Part shown: piece by piece, positions 47,862 through 58,216 of the stretch
Position numbering within the stretch: the first letter of the stretch is position 1
Layout of the letters: every line of letters begins with the position of its first letter
Virus record (IMG/VR): IMGVR_UViG_2837383163_000007
Location: 5,990-69,989 of that record
DNA from: a virus
DNA length: 64,000 nucleotides
Direction: 5' to 3' (one strand)
Notes under the pieces: model-generated
Seen by the model: only the letters and a program-made list of their open reading frames with translations
Database searches by the model: none
What the model was told of the DNA's origin: nothing
Translations under genes and position numbers: made by a program

Positions 47862-48641
47862 TTATAGTTTAACTTCCAAATTGCACTGTATTTCTATTTT
47901 TACTTTACCATTTACCTTGAGATTATTTTCCCCTTTAATTAAATAAACCCAATTCCTATCAACTAGGTGGAATAAATTTTCATCATTTTCCCCTATAACT
48001 AAGTGCATACTATTATCAATAATAATTTTTTGACCTTTTTTTAAAGAGGAAATCTTTAAGGGTTTTTTATTCTTAAAACTTGTATTCTCAATAATACATT
48101 CTGTGTTATCCAATGCTTCTATTGAAAATATAGGATATACTTTCTTTTCGCTTATAGATGAATTATTTATAGTAATAGACTTTTCATCGGAGACCTCAGT
48201 TGCCTTTTTTATTTTTTTTATTGGATGCTTATAATAAGGCTGAAATTCTATCTCAAGAATACCTCTTAATTCATGGTTTCTTTTCTTTTTTACTTTTGTA
48301 GCTATAAGATAAAAATACAAATCAGGGTAATCCATAGATTGAAATTCACAAAACTTGTCTTGAACCAACCAATTAAGTATTCTTTCTTCTTGTTCTTCAG
48401 TCCATATAGCACCTGTTGAATCATTCTCTAACAGACAAAATTCCAAAGTAATTGTATCTGGTGGGGAATCTTCGTATGTATAAAATGGATTTCCTCCAAA
48501 TGAATTTTCTACTCTTATTTTGTTTGAAAACGGGATGCCATAATCCATTAAAACGTCGTTACTAGATGTATCTATAAGTGCAATGCCTTCAGAAGACGAA
48601 GTTTTACCATCAAAAATAAATTTATCAGAATGAAAGACCAT
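47862..48641 (-). CDS. Distal tail (Dit)-like protein
   Basis: F.FDG..S...G, I..WL, P.F.I, IIID, L..GEN.L.V motifs. Confidence 0.75.
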   Translation of the reverse strand: MVFHSDKFIFDGKTSSSEGIALIDTSSNDVLMDYGIPFSNKIRVENSFGGNPFYTYEDSPPDTITLEFCLLENDSTGAIWTEEQEERILNWLVQDKFCEFQSMDYPDLYFYLIATKVKKKRNHELRGILEIEFQPYYKHPIKKIKKATEVSDEKSITINNSSISEKKVYPIFSIEALDNTECIIENTSFKNKKPLKISSLKKGQKIIIDNSMHLVIGENDENLFHLVDRNWVYLIKGENNLKVNGKVKIEIQCNLEVKL

Positions 48642-48724
48642 ATAATCACCTCTTTTCTTTTTTTTAATGTTTATTTAAGTGTTTGATACAATCAAGCAAA
48701 TAAATAAAAGTTAAAAACAATTAT

Positions 48725-48762
48725 CCAAAAAAATTACCCTACCCAAAAAATAGGGTAGGGTA
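48725..48762 (-). terminator. Rho-independent terminator after the major tail protein
   Basis: TACCCTACCC / GGGTAGGGTA stem followed by a T-tract on the minus strand. Confidence 0.75.
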
Positions 48763-48778
48763 GGTGTAATTAAAAAAA

Positions 48779-49588
48779 TTACTTTAATTTTATCTTAGGG
48801 TCTAGCTTTTCAACCAATGAACTGATTGAAGCTTTTTCATCATCTAAGAATACAAGGTCTATATAATCCCCGTTTATGTCTGGGAAGATGTCTAGTTCCA
48901 TTGGGAATTTAGATGGGTTATCAGTAGATAGTGACAATTCAGCATTCTTCTTAGCTTTTGCATTATGTATAGTCATGTGAAGTGCCATCATTTTACCATC
49001 ATAAGCCTTATAAGCAACATCAGCTTCAATCTTAAAGTTAGGAGACTTACTCTTAGTAGAGAATTTAATTAGATTTATCTTAGCCTTTTCTTCCATATAG
49101 TAAACAAGTACTAAATCTCCCTGCTTTACACTTTCATCAGCTGAAAGGTCTAATACATAACCATCACTTGAGTCGTCACCTTTCTTTACAGTTAATTCCT
49201 TACCTAGTATAGTTTGTCCATCTATAGGGTCTAATTTAAAAGCTGAGACAGAACCTTCAACTGGCTTAACACCTTTTATTGTAGCCTTCTTACTTTCATC
49301 TAAGGTAACCTTTTTAAACAGACCAGCCTTATATTTTTCTGGAGTTTCAACATCACTTGATGCCATTATGGCAAGATGTTTAAACTGAATAACCTCAAAT
49401 TCCATTTTTAACTCAGCAGTTACCTCACCGTCAAATCCTATACATTTATTACCCTTTGCTTTAGCATAGACCTCATCAGCACTAAACTTTAAATCAAAAC
49501 TGTTTGCATCTTCTGAATAAAGAAATACCTTACCATCTGCTTTATTAACCATAAGTATATTAGCAGCATCTTTTATCGCAAATCTCAT
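48779..49588 (-). CDS. Major tail tube protein
   Basis: RFAIKDAAN N-terminus; LSLS..NPS.F.MELD C-terminus; followed by a strong terminator. Confidence 0.75.
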   Translation of the reverse strand: MRFAIKDAANILMVNKADGKVFLYSEDANSFDLKFSADEVYAKAKGNKCIGFDGEVTAELKMEFEVIQFKHLAIMASSDVETPEKYKAGLFKKVTLDESKKATIKGVKPVEGSVSAFKLDPIDGQTILGKELTVKKGDDSSDGYVLDLSADESVKQGDLVLVYYMEEKAKINLIKFSTKSKSPNFKIEADVAYKAYDGKMMALHMTIHNAKAKKNAELSLSTDNPSKFPMELDIFPDINGDYIDLVFLDDEKASISSLVEKLDPKIKLK

Positions 49589-49636
49589 TTATCATACCTC
49601 TTTCTTATATTTTTTTTATAAAAAAATAGACAACCC

Positions 49637-50488
49637 CTAATAAATAGAGTTGTCTATTTTTAATTTAGATTCTTTTTGCCAATCAACTATATCCTCAGTT
49701 TTAATCAATCCTTTTCCTGTAGTTAATATTCTCATGCCTATATCGAAACTCTGTTTCAATCTACTTATTTCTATGGTTGAAATTAACTGAAAATAAGTCC
49801 AATTTAATATATCCAAGTAGTTTCTTTTATCTTGATGAACTACTATATTTATATAATCACATAAATGTAGAATACTTTTTTCTCTACGTTTTCTTTCTTT
49901 ATCTTTAAACTTTTTTATAAGTTCTTTTTCTCTTTTACTTCCAGTGTTTTCTATCCAATCATCTTCTTTTTTTTCTAAAAGAGAATCAATATCTATTTTA
50001 AAGTATTTTAATATAACTTTGTTCAAGACCTCGATGTTGTGTTCATCTATTATAGCTTTGTCTTTGATTGTTATAAGAATTTTACCATTAATATTATTAA
50101 TATAAAAATCTGAAATACTACAATCAAAGAAAAGGGATAACACTAAAAAATATATTTCTAAAAAACTATATCTCTTTTTTCTTTCTATAAAAACATCTCT
50201 GTAATTTATTTGTATATCTCTGTCATATTCTTCTGATATTAAAGATTTTGAAGTCATTTCCAACGGATTCAAACAATCCATTCTTGAAAAATCTAGTTCT
50301 GATTTATTCTCTTCTATATATTCTTTTGCCTGACTATAATACTGTTCAATAGCAATAAATGGGTATGTTATATCGGAATCATCAAATGGTAGTTCAATAA
50401 GCTGTTTTATAGTCGGTTGCTTGATTATCCCTAGACTATAAGTAGACAAGTCTATATCCAAGCCTGCAACCAATTTATTTTCTAACAT
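49637..50488 (-). CDS. Virion morphogenesis protein (SPbeta YomV-like)
   Basis: G.I.QPT, I.NWTYFQ motifs; synteny. Confidence 0.55.
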   Translation of the reverse strand: MLENKLVAGLDIDLSTYSLGIIKQPTIKQLIELPFDDSDITYPFIAIEQYYSQAKEYIEENKSELDFSRMDCLNPLEMTSKSLISEEYDRDIQINYRDVFIERKKRYSFLEIYFLVLSLFFDCSISDFYINNINGKILITIKDKAIIDEHNIEVLNKVILKYFKIDIDSLLEKKEDDWIENTGSKREKELIKKFKDKERKRREKSILHLCDYINIVVHQDKRNYLDILNWTYFQLISTIEISRLKQSFDIGMRILTTGKGLIKTEDIVDWQKESKLKIDNSIY

Positions 50489-50998
50489 TTAATAACCCCC
50501 TTTTATATTATCTGTTCTGAAGTACATCAGATAACCATTATATTCTATTGGCAAATCCTTTGTTTTATACATATTCAAAAAGGATGTTTTTCCTATACTG
50601 TCAATACTAAAACCATTAAGAACCCTTATGATTTCTTCTATTATTGCCAATACTCTCGAACCATGTACAGTGTCATCACAACTTTGATGTCCACAAACTC
50701 CAATCTCTATAATATTTTTTAAGGTGGCATCATGAGAGTGTCCCATTTCTTTCCAATTTTCTTTACTATAAATACTTATACTAACCATAATATCAGACTC
50801 CCTTTGAAGTTGTTCTATTCTTCTATTCATAAAAACTTTGTTTTTTAACTTTCCTACAGGATTTTCAACTTTTGGTAGTTCTTCAATCTCTAAGTCAAGT
50901 TCATTATTATAGTAAAGAAGTTTAGTTATTATATCTGACTCCATAATTTTAGAATAAATATCTGTTGTAACCCTATTACAATATCCTATTAAAGCCAT
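50489..50998 (-). CDS. Putative tail terminator/neck protein
   Basis: KLLYY motif; synteny. Confidence 0.55.
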   Translation of the reverse strand: MALIGYCNRVTTDIYSKIMESDIITKLLYYNNELDLEIEELPKVENPVGKLKNKVFMNRRIEQLQRESDIMVSISIYSKENWKEMGHSHDATLKNIIEIGVCGHQSCDDTVHGSRVLAIIEEIIRVLNGFSIDSIGKTSFLNMYKTKDLPIEYNGYLMYFRTDNIKGGY

Positions 50999-50999
50999 T

Positions 51000-52019
51000 T
51001 TATTTCCTCCTTAATGTAACTGTTGTGCTATCAATCAATTCATCTGAGTTCTTGTCTATAGCTTTTATTCTTATCTTATTACCTATTAATCTAAAGTTAT
51101 TAGAGCCACGAATAACAATGTTTGAATCTGTCTGTGATAATATGGTAAATGCCTCATTTTCTTCAATATCCCATTTAATGCCAGTATGTTTTGAAGATAG
51201 TTTTATAGTATACTCAACTTGCTCACCAATTATAATTTTAGTGTTACCTATGATTTTATCTTCTGGTATTATTGGGCTTTCCTCATTATCGTCTGCGTAG
51301 AAAGTCTTATAATAACTTTCATTATTGGCAAGTAGGGTAGAGTAGTTGTCACCTTTAATTACAGCTGTCTGAAGGATAAGAGATTTAATTAAACCATTGT
51401 ATTCAAAATCGTTTATGTGCGTAATCCTAAAAGCCGTTCTATGTGTTAATAGAACTCTAAATCCTTCTAATATAGTCCTAGTAACTGGGTTAGAACCATA
51501 CCAAATTTGTTTTTTTGAATCCATATGAGACATAAACAGACCGTCAGCCACACCATCTGAATACATTGTAAGATTTTCAGTAGATATTGGAATCTTATAT
51601 ATTTCTCCTTCATGCTTAATTGAAAAAGACCCGTTACATCTTCTCATTATAAATTGCTTTTTAGCACCTATAGGCTGGTGTTCTTGAAAAGTGATTAGCC
51701 AATCGCAATTATCAAACCTAACATAACACCCTACACCTACATTTAAGTCAAGTTCTGTAAATATCTCTTTTTCATCAAGTGAAGTATCATCATTATTCGC
51801 TATATCGTTAATAGCTATAAGAGCAGTCTTTGTCTTGCTTGTTATACAAACTTCGTCCACATCTGTAACCTTTACTTTATGTGCAGTTATAGATGTGTTT
51901 AGATATTTTTTAAAACCATCTATTGCTCTTTGCTTTTCAACATCTTTTAAAGACCTTAATTTATTATTTCTTAGAACTCTATCTTTATAATCATTCATAC
52001 ACATATCATTAAAGGACAT
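51000..52019 (-). CDS. Head-tail connector/closure protein with an Ig-like C-terminus
   Basis: G.YV....WLI, RCN motifs; C-terminal Ig-like segment; synteny. Confidence 0.55.
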   Translation of the reverse strand: MSFNDMCMNDYKDRVLRNNKLRSLKDVEKQRAIDGFKKYLNTSITAHKVKVTDVDEVCITSKTKTALIAINDIANNDDTSLDEKEIFTELDLNVGVGCYVRFDNCDWLITFQEHQPIGAKKQFIMRRCNGSFSIKHEGEIYKIPISTENLTMYSDGVADGLFMSHMDSKKQIWYGSNPVTRTILEGFRVLLTHRTAFRITHINDFEYNGLIKSLILQTAVIKGDNYSTLLANNESYYKTFYADDNEESPIIPEDKIIGNTKIIIGEQVEYTIKLSSKHTGIKWDIEENEAFTILSQTDSNIVIRGSNNFRLIGNKIRIKAIDKNSDELIDSTTVTLRRK

Positions 52020-52627
52020 TAGTTAAATCCTCCTATATTTTTATATGAATAAGCAATTATATTCGATTCTAAATCATTTTTAGTATTTTCATAAAGCTTG
52101 ATAACCTTATCTAGCATATTTGCTCCTGATAGCTTTTTAAAATCACTATCAGTCACAAGCTGTCTTAGATTATCCTCTCTATTTAGTTTAGGGTGTAACC
52201 AATAAAATATCATTCCTTGTGCCAGTATAAACATTTCATCAAATGTTAAATCGGTTTCAAAATATCCATTATTATAAAAACATATTTCTACTGGTTCAGA
52301 TAAAGGGCTTTCAAATTCAATCAATTCATCTTTGACATCCCAATCTATTCCTTTTTTATATTCAATACCTGTTTCTTCACCAATAATTTCTATATTTTCT
52401 AAATGGTCTTTTGGAAGAGAAAGTTGATATTCTCCGACACCTAACTTTAAAGATGAAAATCCATATCCTTGAATTTTCAAGTCTTTTTTACAATTTCTAA
52501 ATTTTGATATAGAACCAATAAGATACTTATTAAGTTCTCTTCTAGCTATACTCGGTCTTAACAAAGCAAATAATTCATCATCTATTTGAGAGAGGAATAT
52601 ATCGTAAATAATGTCTATTTGTGTCAT
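52019..52627 (-). CDS. Head-tail adaptor-like protein
   Basis: T....IY..FL..I.D, ILA..M..W, DFK..S.AN motifs. Confidence 0.6.
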   Translation of the reverse strand: MTQIDIIYDIFLSQIDDELFALLRPSIARRELNKYLIGSISKFRNCKKDLKIQGYGFSSLKLGVGEYQLSLPKDHLENIEIIGEETGIEYKKGIDWDVKDELIEFESPLSEPVEICFYNNGYFETDLTFDEMFILAQGMIFYWLHPKLNREDNLRQLVTDSDFKKLSGANMLDKVIKLYENTKNDLESNIIAYSYKNIGGFN

Positions 52628-52645
52628 ATGAATCCTCCCAATAAG

Positions 52646-53251
52646 TTATTTATTTTCAAATAAATATCCTTTACCCGTTATATTGGAAAGAATATTTTCT
52701 TTGTTTTTGTCATTTATTTCACCTTCTGATTTTAGATATAAGTATCTTGAAAAAACCAAAAGAAGAATATCTATAGATAGTTTATTACAAAAGGTATCAA
52801 ATTCATCTAAACTTGAATCAATTATAAGTCCGTCTATATTTGTTATATTGTAATCAAATGGAGCGTAAGCAAAATCCAATCCTAGGGTAGCTATTATTTC
52901 TTCAAAAGAATAAACTTCACCTGTATTGAAAAATTCAACAATGCCCAAAGAAAGAGATTTTAAAAGACCTCTTGAGCTTCCCAACATTGATAATATATTT
53001 TTCATAGATATTATCTTGGTATCTCCGCTTTCGTTCCATTCTAGTCTCTCTTTTGTTCTTGAATCTAAAAAACAAGTAACACCTGTTGTAAGGTTTATAA
53101 CTTCTGCTGTTATATAATCCTCATTTTCATTTATCCATCTCTTAATTTCAAAATATTTGGGATTATTTTCTGCTCTATTATTAACCTTATTTCTAATAAT
53201 CTTTGCCATATTTTTCTCCTTAATAAAAAAAGGGGAAGAAACTCCCCTCAT
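52646..53251 (-). CDS. Hypothetical virion-block protein (true start probably MAKII)
   Basis: AAGGAG RBS before the internal ATG; follows the capsid gene. Confidence 0.6.
   Translation of the reverse strand: MRGVSSPFFIKEKNMAKIIRNKVNNRAENNPKYFEIKRWINENEDYITAEVINLTTGVTCFLDSRTKERLEWNESGDTKIISMKNILSMLGSSRGLLKSLSLGIVEFFNTGEVYSFEEIIATLGLDFAYAPFDYNITNIDGLIIDSSLDEFDTFCNKLSIDILLLVFSRYLYLKSEGEINDKNKENILSNITGKGYLFENK
53224..53249 (-). terminator. Terminator after the major capsid gene
   Basis: GAGGGGAG...TTCCCC followed by a T-tract. Confidence 0.65.
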
Positions 53252-53256
53252 AACTA

Positions 53257-54258
53257 TTACTGTATCTTGTAAGCCCCATATCTATTTGCAACTGCAATAC
53301 CAAGATGGAACTTTCTAGCATAAGATAATTCCAACTGTCTATCAAGCCTTCTATGCCCGTTATCAAGATTATCGTTTATCCATGCTTCCCCTTCAAATCC
53401 ACCATAAAGAATCTTATCTCCTTCAGGAATAACAAATAAAGTGTCATTTGCTATAGCGAATTTCTTAGTATCCTTATTATAAACGTTTTCCAACTGTACA
53501 CACTTAACACCCTTGAACTTAGTGACAAATCCACCATTTCTGATATCTGTAGAATCAACGGCAAAATTTTCAATTCCTGGTATTTTTGATAGAGCTATTT
53601 TAGTGCCATATATAACAGCACCGTTACCAACTTTCTCGCACAGTTCTAAAAGCTTGCCTTCTTCGACATTTGAATGTGTAACCTTTAATTCATCAACAGT
53701 TATACTGTCATATCCCTTTGCGAAAGTTTCTCCAATAAGTTCTGCTATTCTCTTGTTAAAAGAAGCTACAACCCTATCAACTAGATTGTTTAAATCTATC
53801 TTTCCTAGCATAAAAGCATCATATTCAGTATAAGCGGCAAGACCTAAATCAAATGGAGTAGTAGGAACTTCACCATTAAACAATCTCTGCCTTCTTATAT
53901 TATCATTACTTGCTGCTATAACAGAAACATCAAATAGTTCAGGATTATTAGTTACAAACTTAGGTTTCTCACCATAAGATGTATCTTTAAATTCCATAAT
54001 AGGTGAGAATACCTCTCTAGTTATACTAGATGTTCCTTCAGTTACAAGAACTTCTAATATTTCAAAAAATTCATCTTTTATCTTGTTAAAGGCTCTTGGA
54101 CTTCTATCCCCACCTGTCTTTTCATCAAACAATTTTCTCAGTGCATCGTTCGCATCTATCTTTGAACCATCTTCTGTAGAAAATGTCTGAACCTTCTTAG
54201 TATATATATCTAGTGCTAAACTCTTCAAATCCTTATTCATATCTATATCACCTCGCAA
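53257..54258 (-). CDS. Major capsid protein (SPbeta YonB-like)
   Basis: FEILE, IRRQRL, IYGTK.AL motifs; size and synteny; downstream terminator. Confidence 0.8.
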   Translation of the reverse strand: MRGDIDMNKDLKSLALDIYTKKVQTFSTEDGSKIDANDALRKLFDEKTGGDRSPRAFNKIKDEFFEILEVLVTEGTSSITREVFSPIMEFKDTSYGEKPKFVTNNPELFDVSVIAASNDNIRRQRLFNGEVPTTPFDLGLAAYTEYDAFMLGKIDLNNLVDRVVASFNKRIAELIGETFAKGYDSITVDELKVTHSNVEEGKLLELCEKVGNGAVIYGTKIALSKIPGIENFAVDSTDIRNGGFVTKFKGVKCVQLENVYNKDTKKFAIANDTLFVIPEGDKILYGGFEGEAWINDNLDNGHRRLDRQLELSYARKFHLGIAVANRYGAYKIQ

Positions 54259-54259
54259 A

Positions 54260-54724
54260 TTATATAAATCTTATTTCTACAGATTTCTGACCATTAAGAA
54301 CCGGTGTTCCTATTACATAACCTATAGCACTTGTACCTTCTGTATCCTTAACCAACTTGTGAGAACTTGGATGTGGTTTTACTGCATCGCCAACATCGAC
54401 AGTATTATGTATGAAATCTGCCTGCGAAACTGCTATCTCAAGTCCATGCTTTATAGGAAATGCTCTATACACCTTGTTCTGTTCTATAACTAAATCATTT
54501 TCGTTCTCATTCTGATATGGGTGGAATGACTCAGCTATGACAGCTATCTCTAGCTCAGGTTTCTTGCCATCCCCAAAAGCATCTGCCTTAAATACATCTT
54601 TTTCTGTTTCTGCCTTATCCTTTGTTATTGTTACAAACGCACCATTCTTAGTAGGTGTATTATTTCCAAACCTAACGCTTATTGGTTCAGAAAATGGATT
54701 TTTTGTTATATTTACTAATGCCAT
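54260..54724 (-). CDS. Capsid decoration/cement-like protein
   Basis: NG.FV motif; lies between scaffold and capsid genes. Confidence 0.55.
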   Translation of the reverse strand: MALVNITKNPFSEPISVRFGNNTPTKNGAFVTITKDKAETEKDVFKADAFGDGKKPELEIAVIAESFHPYQNENENDLVIEQNKVYRAFPIKHGLEIAVSQADFIHNTVDVGDAVKPHPSSHKLVKDTEGTSAIGYVIGTPVLNGQKSVEIRFI

Positions 54725-54745
54725 ACTATTACCTCCGTAAAATTA

Positions 54746-55936
54746 TTACTTACAACCTAGAATGTTATCTAGTAATCCATTGTAAAGTTTCTCTTTTTCT
54801 CTATTTTTTTCAGTATTATTTAAATTTATGCCTTTAAAAGAAAAATTCTGTTTTTTGTTATTCTTTAGTGCATTTTTTCCAATTATTACATAAAGTTCCT
54901 TTTCAAAATCTTCTAACGTAGCTTCAAAAGACAGCACTTTTTCTTTTATTTCTACAACAGAATCCTCATCAATAGAGAATTTTTCAAGAATATTTTTAAC
55001 TTCTATTTCTCTTTTAGAATATTCATTGTCGTTTCTATATTTTTCCAAAACCGATAATTTTTTTTCTAACTCATTTATTCTGGAAATAAAAAGTCCTTTT
55101 AAAACTTCTAATGAGTTAATATTTGTTTCAAACAAATCTTTAAATATAGATAAATCTAATTCTTGAGTGTTTATATTATTAGATTCTTCTATGTCTGTGT
55201 CTTCAATCGGCTTTTTATCTTCAGTTGTATCTTCATTTTCTGTTTTCTGTGGTTCTTCCTCAGTATTATTTTCTTCTGCATTATATTCTTCTTTTTCAAA
55301 AGAATATACATCTGCTTTTGCTTTATTTATAAATTCTTTGTAATCATCAAGATTCCCAAATAGTTCAAGCCTGCAATTTTCGTCCATACCAGGAGTTATA
55401 TCATCAGACAATATAGTTATGCCCAAGTAATCAAACTTGGTTATATGGAATATATTATCCACATCTGAATAACCTTCATTAACTGCTAATTCAACACTTA
55501 CACATTTTCCATTTGTTTTTTCTATAAGTTCCAAGGTTTCGTTTGAATAATCTTTATAGATATATCCCGTACAACTCACATAGATCTTTCCATCTTTTGA
55601 CGTGTATTCAACCCTTGTTGATTCTGGTATAATACCTACTGGTCTTTCAAGATAGGTTTCTTTGATACCATTATCAGTTAATGTGATTTCAATTTCATGT
55701 CCAGCAAAATCATACTCTCCGTTTTCATCTTTTCTTATATAAGCCAAGATAGGTTTATTCTTAAGACTAGGCTCAGCCTCTCTTATAGCTTCAATACTTA
55801 TATCAGTATAATTTCTATTCTGATTATCATGTAAAAGAGTTATCTTTACTGGAACTAGATTTGAACTAATTGGTTCTGTAGATTGAGTAAATAAACAGCT
55901 CATATTGGCTCTTCTTTTCAAAATCTTTACCTCCAA
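54746..55936 (-). CDS. Prohead protease/scaffold (SPbeta YonD-like)
   Basis: H...NRN, KPIL, GHE, P.G.IPE, SVEL, ILS...PGM; acidic coiled-coil C-terminus. Confidence 0.78.
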   Translation of the reverse strand: MEVKILKRRANMSCLFTQSTEPISSNLVPVKITLLHDNQNRNYTDISIEAIREAEPSLKNKPILAYIRKDENGEYDFAGHEIEITLTDNGIKETYLERPVGIIPESTRVEYTSKDGKIYVSCTGYIYKDYSNETLELIEKTNGKCVSVELAVNEGYSDVDNIFHITKFDYLGITILSDDITPGMDENCRLELFGNLDDYKEFINKAKADVYSFEKEEYNAEENNTEEEPQKTENEDTTEDKKPIEDTDIEESNNINTQELDLSIFKDLFETNINSLEVLKGLFISRINELEKKLSVLEKYRNDNEYSKREIEVKNILEKFSIDEDSVVEIKEKVLSFEATLEDFEKELYVIIGKNALKNNKKQNFSFKGINLNNTEKNREKEKLYNGLLDNILGCK

Positions 55937-55981
55937 TTTTATTATTTGTTTTCTTTGAATATAAAAAAAGTAGGGTAGCCC

Positions 55982-56167
55982 CTACAAGAATAGCTTGTGT
56001 GTATACATAATGTTTTTCTTTGTTTTATCCTTTAATTTATTCCAAGAACCTGTATTTGAATATATGTATATATCATCAGATTCAGTCATTCTGTATTTTT
56101 TAATTCTAAAATATCCAGCTTTCTCCATATCTTTGGGATACCTAGATATTAAAAAAAGGTCTTTCAT
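55982..56167 (-). CDS. Small hypothetical protein
   Basis: GAGGTG RBS; between portal and protease. Confidence 0.6.
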   Translation of the reverse strand: MKDLFLISRYPKDMEKAGYFRIKKYRMTESDDIYIYSNTGSWNKLKDKTKKNIMYTHKLFL

Positions 56168-56178
56168 AAAATCACCTC

Positions 56179-57618
56179 TTATCCTTCACTGGAGGATATT
56201 TCTCCATCTTTATTTGTTCCCTCGGGTCTACCTGCTTTATCTGAGCTTATAGTGTGAGATGTAAGCATAGGGGTCATGTATTCTTCTAAATCTAATATTG
56301 ATTCACTATAAAGAATATTTAAAGATTCAAGAGGACTAAATCCTTGAGTTGCCAAATATTTTTTCTTAGACCCATATATGGCAAGATTTTCTCTTTCCGT
56401 CTTTATTGCATTTTGCTTATTGTAATAAGAAGTTTCTAAAAATTTAACTTTCCATCCACCTTTTTTAAATTTTTGTCTTAACTCATAATTAAGCCATTTT
56501 TCAACAAGTCCTTGAATTTCAATCGGAACTAATGTATCTATTATAGAGCTAAGCATTATAGCTTCTTTAGTCTTTGCATTTCCATTAAATAAATCATCAG
56601 ATATCCCTGCATTATCATAGACACTCTTTTTTATGTTATTTACGTGTTCATATCCTTTGAGTTTTCCATCTCCAAGAGTTATAGAATCTAATTTCATAGG
56701 CGTTGTTACAATACCTATACCTTTAGGAAGTGTGCTTTTTATAGCTTCGTGATAAGCACCTGCGACATCAGCATCTATTTGCATTTTCCCTGTCTTTTCA
56801 TCGTGAAGTAGTTGTTGATATAATAATTTATAGTTATCAAGCTTATTATTCTCATTGTCAAGTGTTTCAGCATCAGATAAATTTAAAAGAACAGAGAATA
56901 AATGTAAATAATATGGCAACCCTTTGCTTTCCCATTGATTTAACTGAAAACCAGCACCATTTTCCCCAACTACATAATAATCTCCATTAAATCCCTTGAT
57001 ATTCTTCTTGTCTTTTGAATTTTTATATTTTATATAAGCCTTTGAGATTTCTTCAGGAAAATAATCCAACTGTGATTCAGATATCTTAGACACATCTATC
57101 CCGTATCTAAAAATACCAAATTCATCAAGCATAACCATCTTACATAATTTCTGTGGTATTTCTTGAATTAACATACCATCTTTGGTTTCTCTTTTATATA
57201 TATAAACCTCACCATTTTGAAATAATCTTTTTGTTATCCATCTCATTAAGGTTTTAATCCCAAATTTTTCCAGATATTGAGCGACCTTTAATTCATCTTT
57301 CCATATTGCGTCTTTGTCTTTGTATCTAAAACTATCAGAAGAAAAGATATAGTGGTCTTGAGTAAGAATTAATGACTTATAGTTAATAAATTCTTTAAGC
57401 ATACCATTAAGCTGAGTCATTTTGACCGATAAATCTTGAAGTGAGGATATGTTTGATTCAGGCTTATCAAGTATTCTGCTTAACTGTAAAGGACTTATGC
57501 TTGATGGTTTGTAATAGTTTTTGTTTATTTCTTCAATGCTTCTAACCTCAGATAAAGATTTTTGTCTTGAAGCAAAGTTTATATGATTTTGATTTACACC
57601 ATTATCAGAATTTTCCAT
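56179..57618 (-). CDS. Portal protein (SPbeta YonE-like)
   Basis: 479 aa; LP.G....TP, AGIS..LFNG, P..TS.T.S...GRP motifs; follows the terminase. Confidence 0.82.
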   Translation of the reverse strand: MENSDNGVNQNHINFASRQKSLSEVRSIEEINKNYYKPSSISPLQLSRILDKPESNISSLQDLSVKMTQLNGMLKEFINYKSLILTQDHYIFSSDSFRYKDKDAIWKDELKVAQYLEKFGIKTLMRWITKRLFQNGEVYIYKRETKDGMLIQEIPQKLCKMVMLDEFGIFRYGIDVSKISESQLDYFPEEISKAYIKYKNSKDKKNIKGFNGDYYVVGENGAGFQLNQWESKGLPYYLHLFSVLLNLSDAETLDNENNKLDNYKLLYQQLLHDEKTGKMQIDADVAGAYHEAIKSTLPKGIGIVTTPMKLDSITLGDGKLKGYEHVNNIKKSVYDNAGISDDLFNGNAKTKEAIMLSSIIDTLVPIEIQGLVEKWLNYELRQKFKKGGWKVKFLETSYYNKQNAIKTERENLAIYGSKKKYLATQGFSPLESLNILYSESILDLEEYMTPMLTSHTISSDKAGRPEGTNKDGEISSSEG

Positions 57619-57633
57619 TTTCTCACTTCCTTT

Positions 57634-57933
57634 CTAATTAAAAAATACAAATTGATTTTCAGATTTATCAGATTTTAGCTTTTCTTCGATTATCAGATTA
57701 CACAAATAATTTCCATATGCTAAACTTGAATATCTGTCTTTTCTTGCAGTATTTTTTTCTTTTATTTTTACTTTACCATTCAATATATCATACGCTAAGT
57801 TCACAAGCTCCCCAACCAAAAGAGTAGTCTGAGCAAAAGGAGCTAGGTATTTTGCTTGTTTCTCACCGGATAAAGAAGATAAACCGATTGTGTCATTAAG
57901 TAATTCTTTTGCCATTAACGTATCTGAACAAAG
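57634..57933 (-). pseudogene. C-terminal fragment of the terminase large subunit, cut by the fold-back
   Basis: QTTLL..EL.NL and RKDRYSSLAYG motifs of SPbeta YonF-type terminases; directly upstream of the portal. Confidence 0.8.
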
Positions 57934-58216
57934 ATTACTTAATGACACAATCGGTTTATCTTCTTTATCCGGTGAGAAAAAGCAAAATACCTAGCTCCTT
58001 TTGCTCAGACTACTCTTTTGGTTGGGGAGCTTGTGAACTTAGCGTATGATATATTGAATGGAAAGTAAAAATAAAAGAAAAAATACTGCAAGAAAAGACA
58101 GATATTCAAGTTTAGCATATGGAAATTATTTGTGTAATCTGATAATCGAAGAAAAGCTAAAATCTGATAAATCTGAAAATCAATTTGTATTTTTTAATTA
58201 GAAAGGAAGTGAGAAA

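Larger units (their letters stand above)
1..57933. mobile_element. Large temperate siphovirus-type phage/prophage segment, SPbeta-like gene content
   Basis: Replication arm (helicase, primase, DnaE, NrdDG, ligase, RuvC, integrase) converges on a morphogenesis/lysis arm (portal, capsid, tail, tape measure, holin, endolysins); no host housekeeping flank. Confidence 0.93.

Noticed and set aside
57898..57940. Protelomerase telomere site (N15-like telRL)
   Set aside because: The turn has a non-palindromic loop made of terminase coding sequence, truncates an essential gene, and no protelomerase is visible
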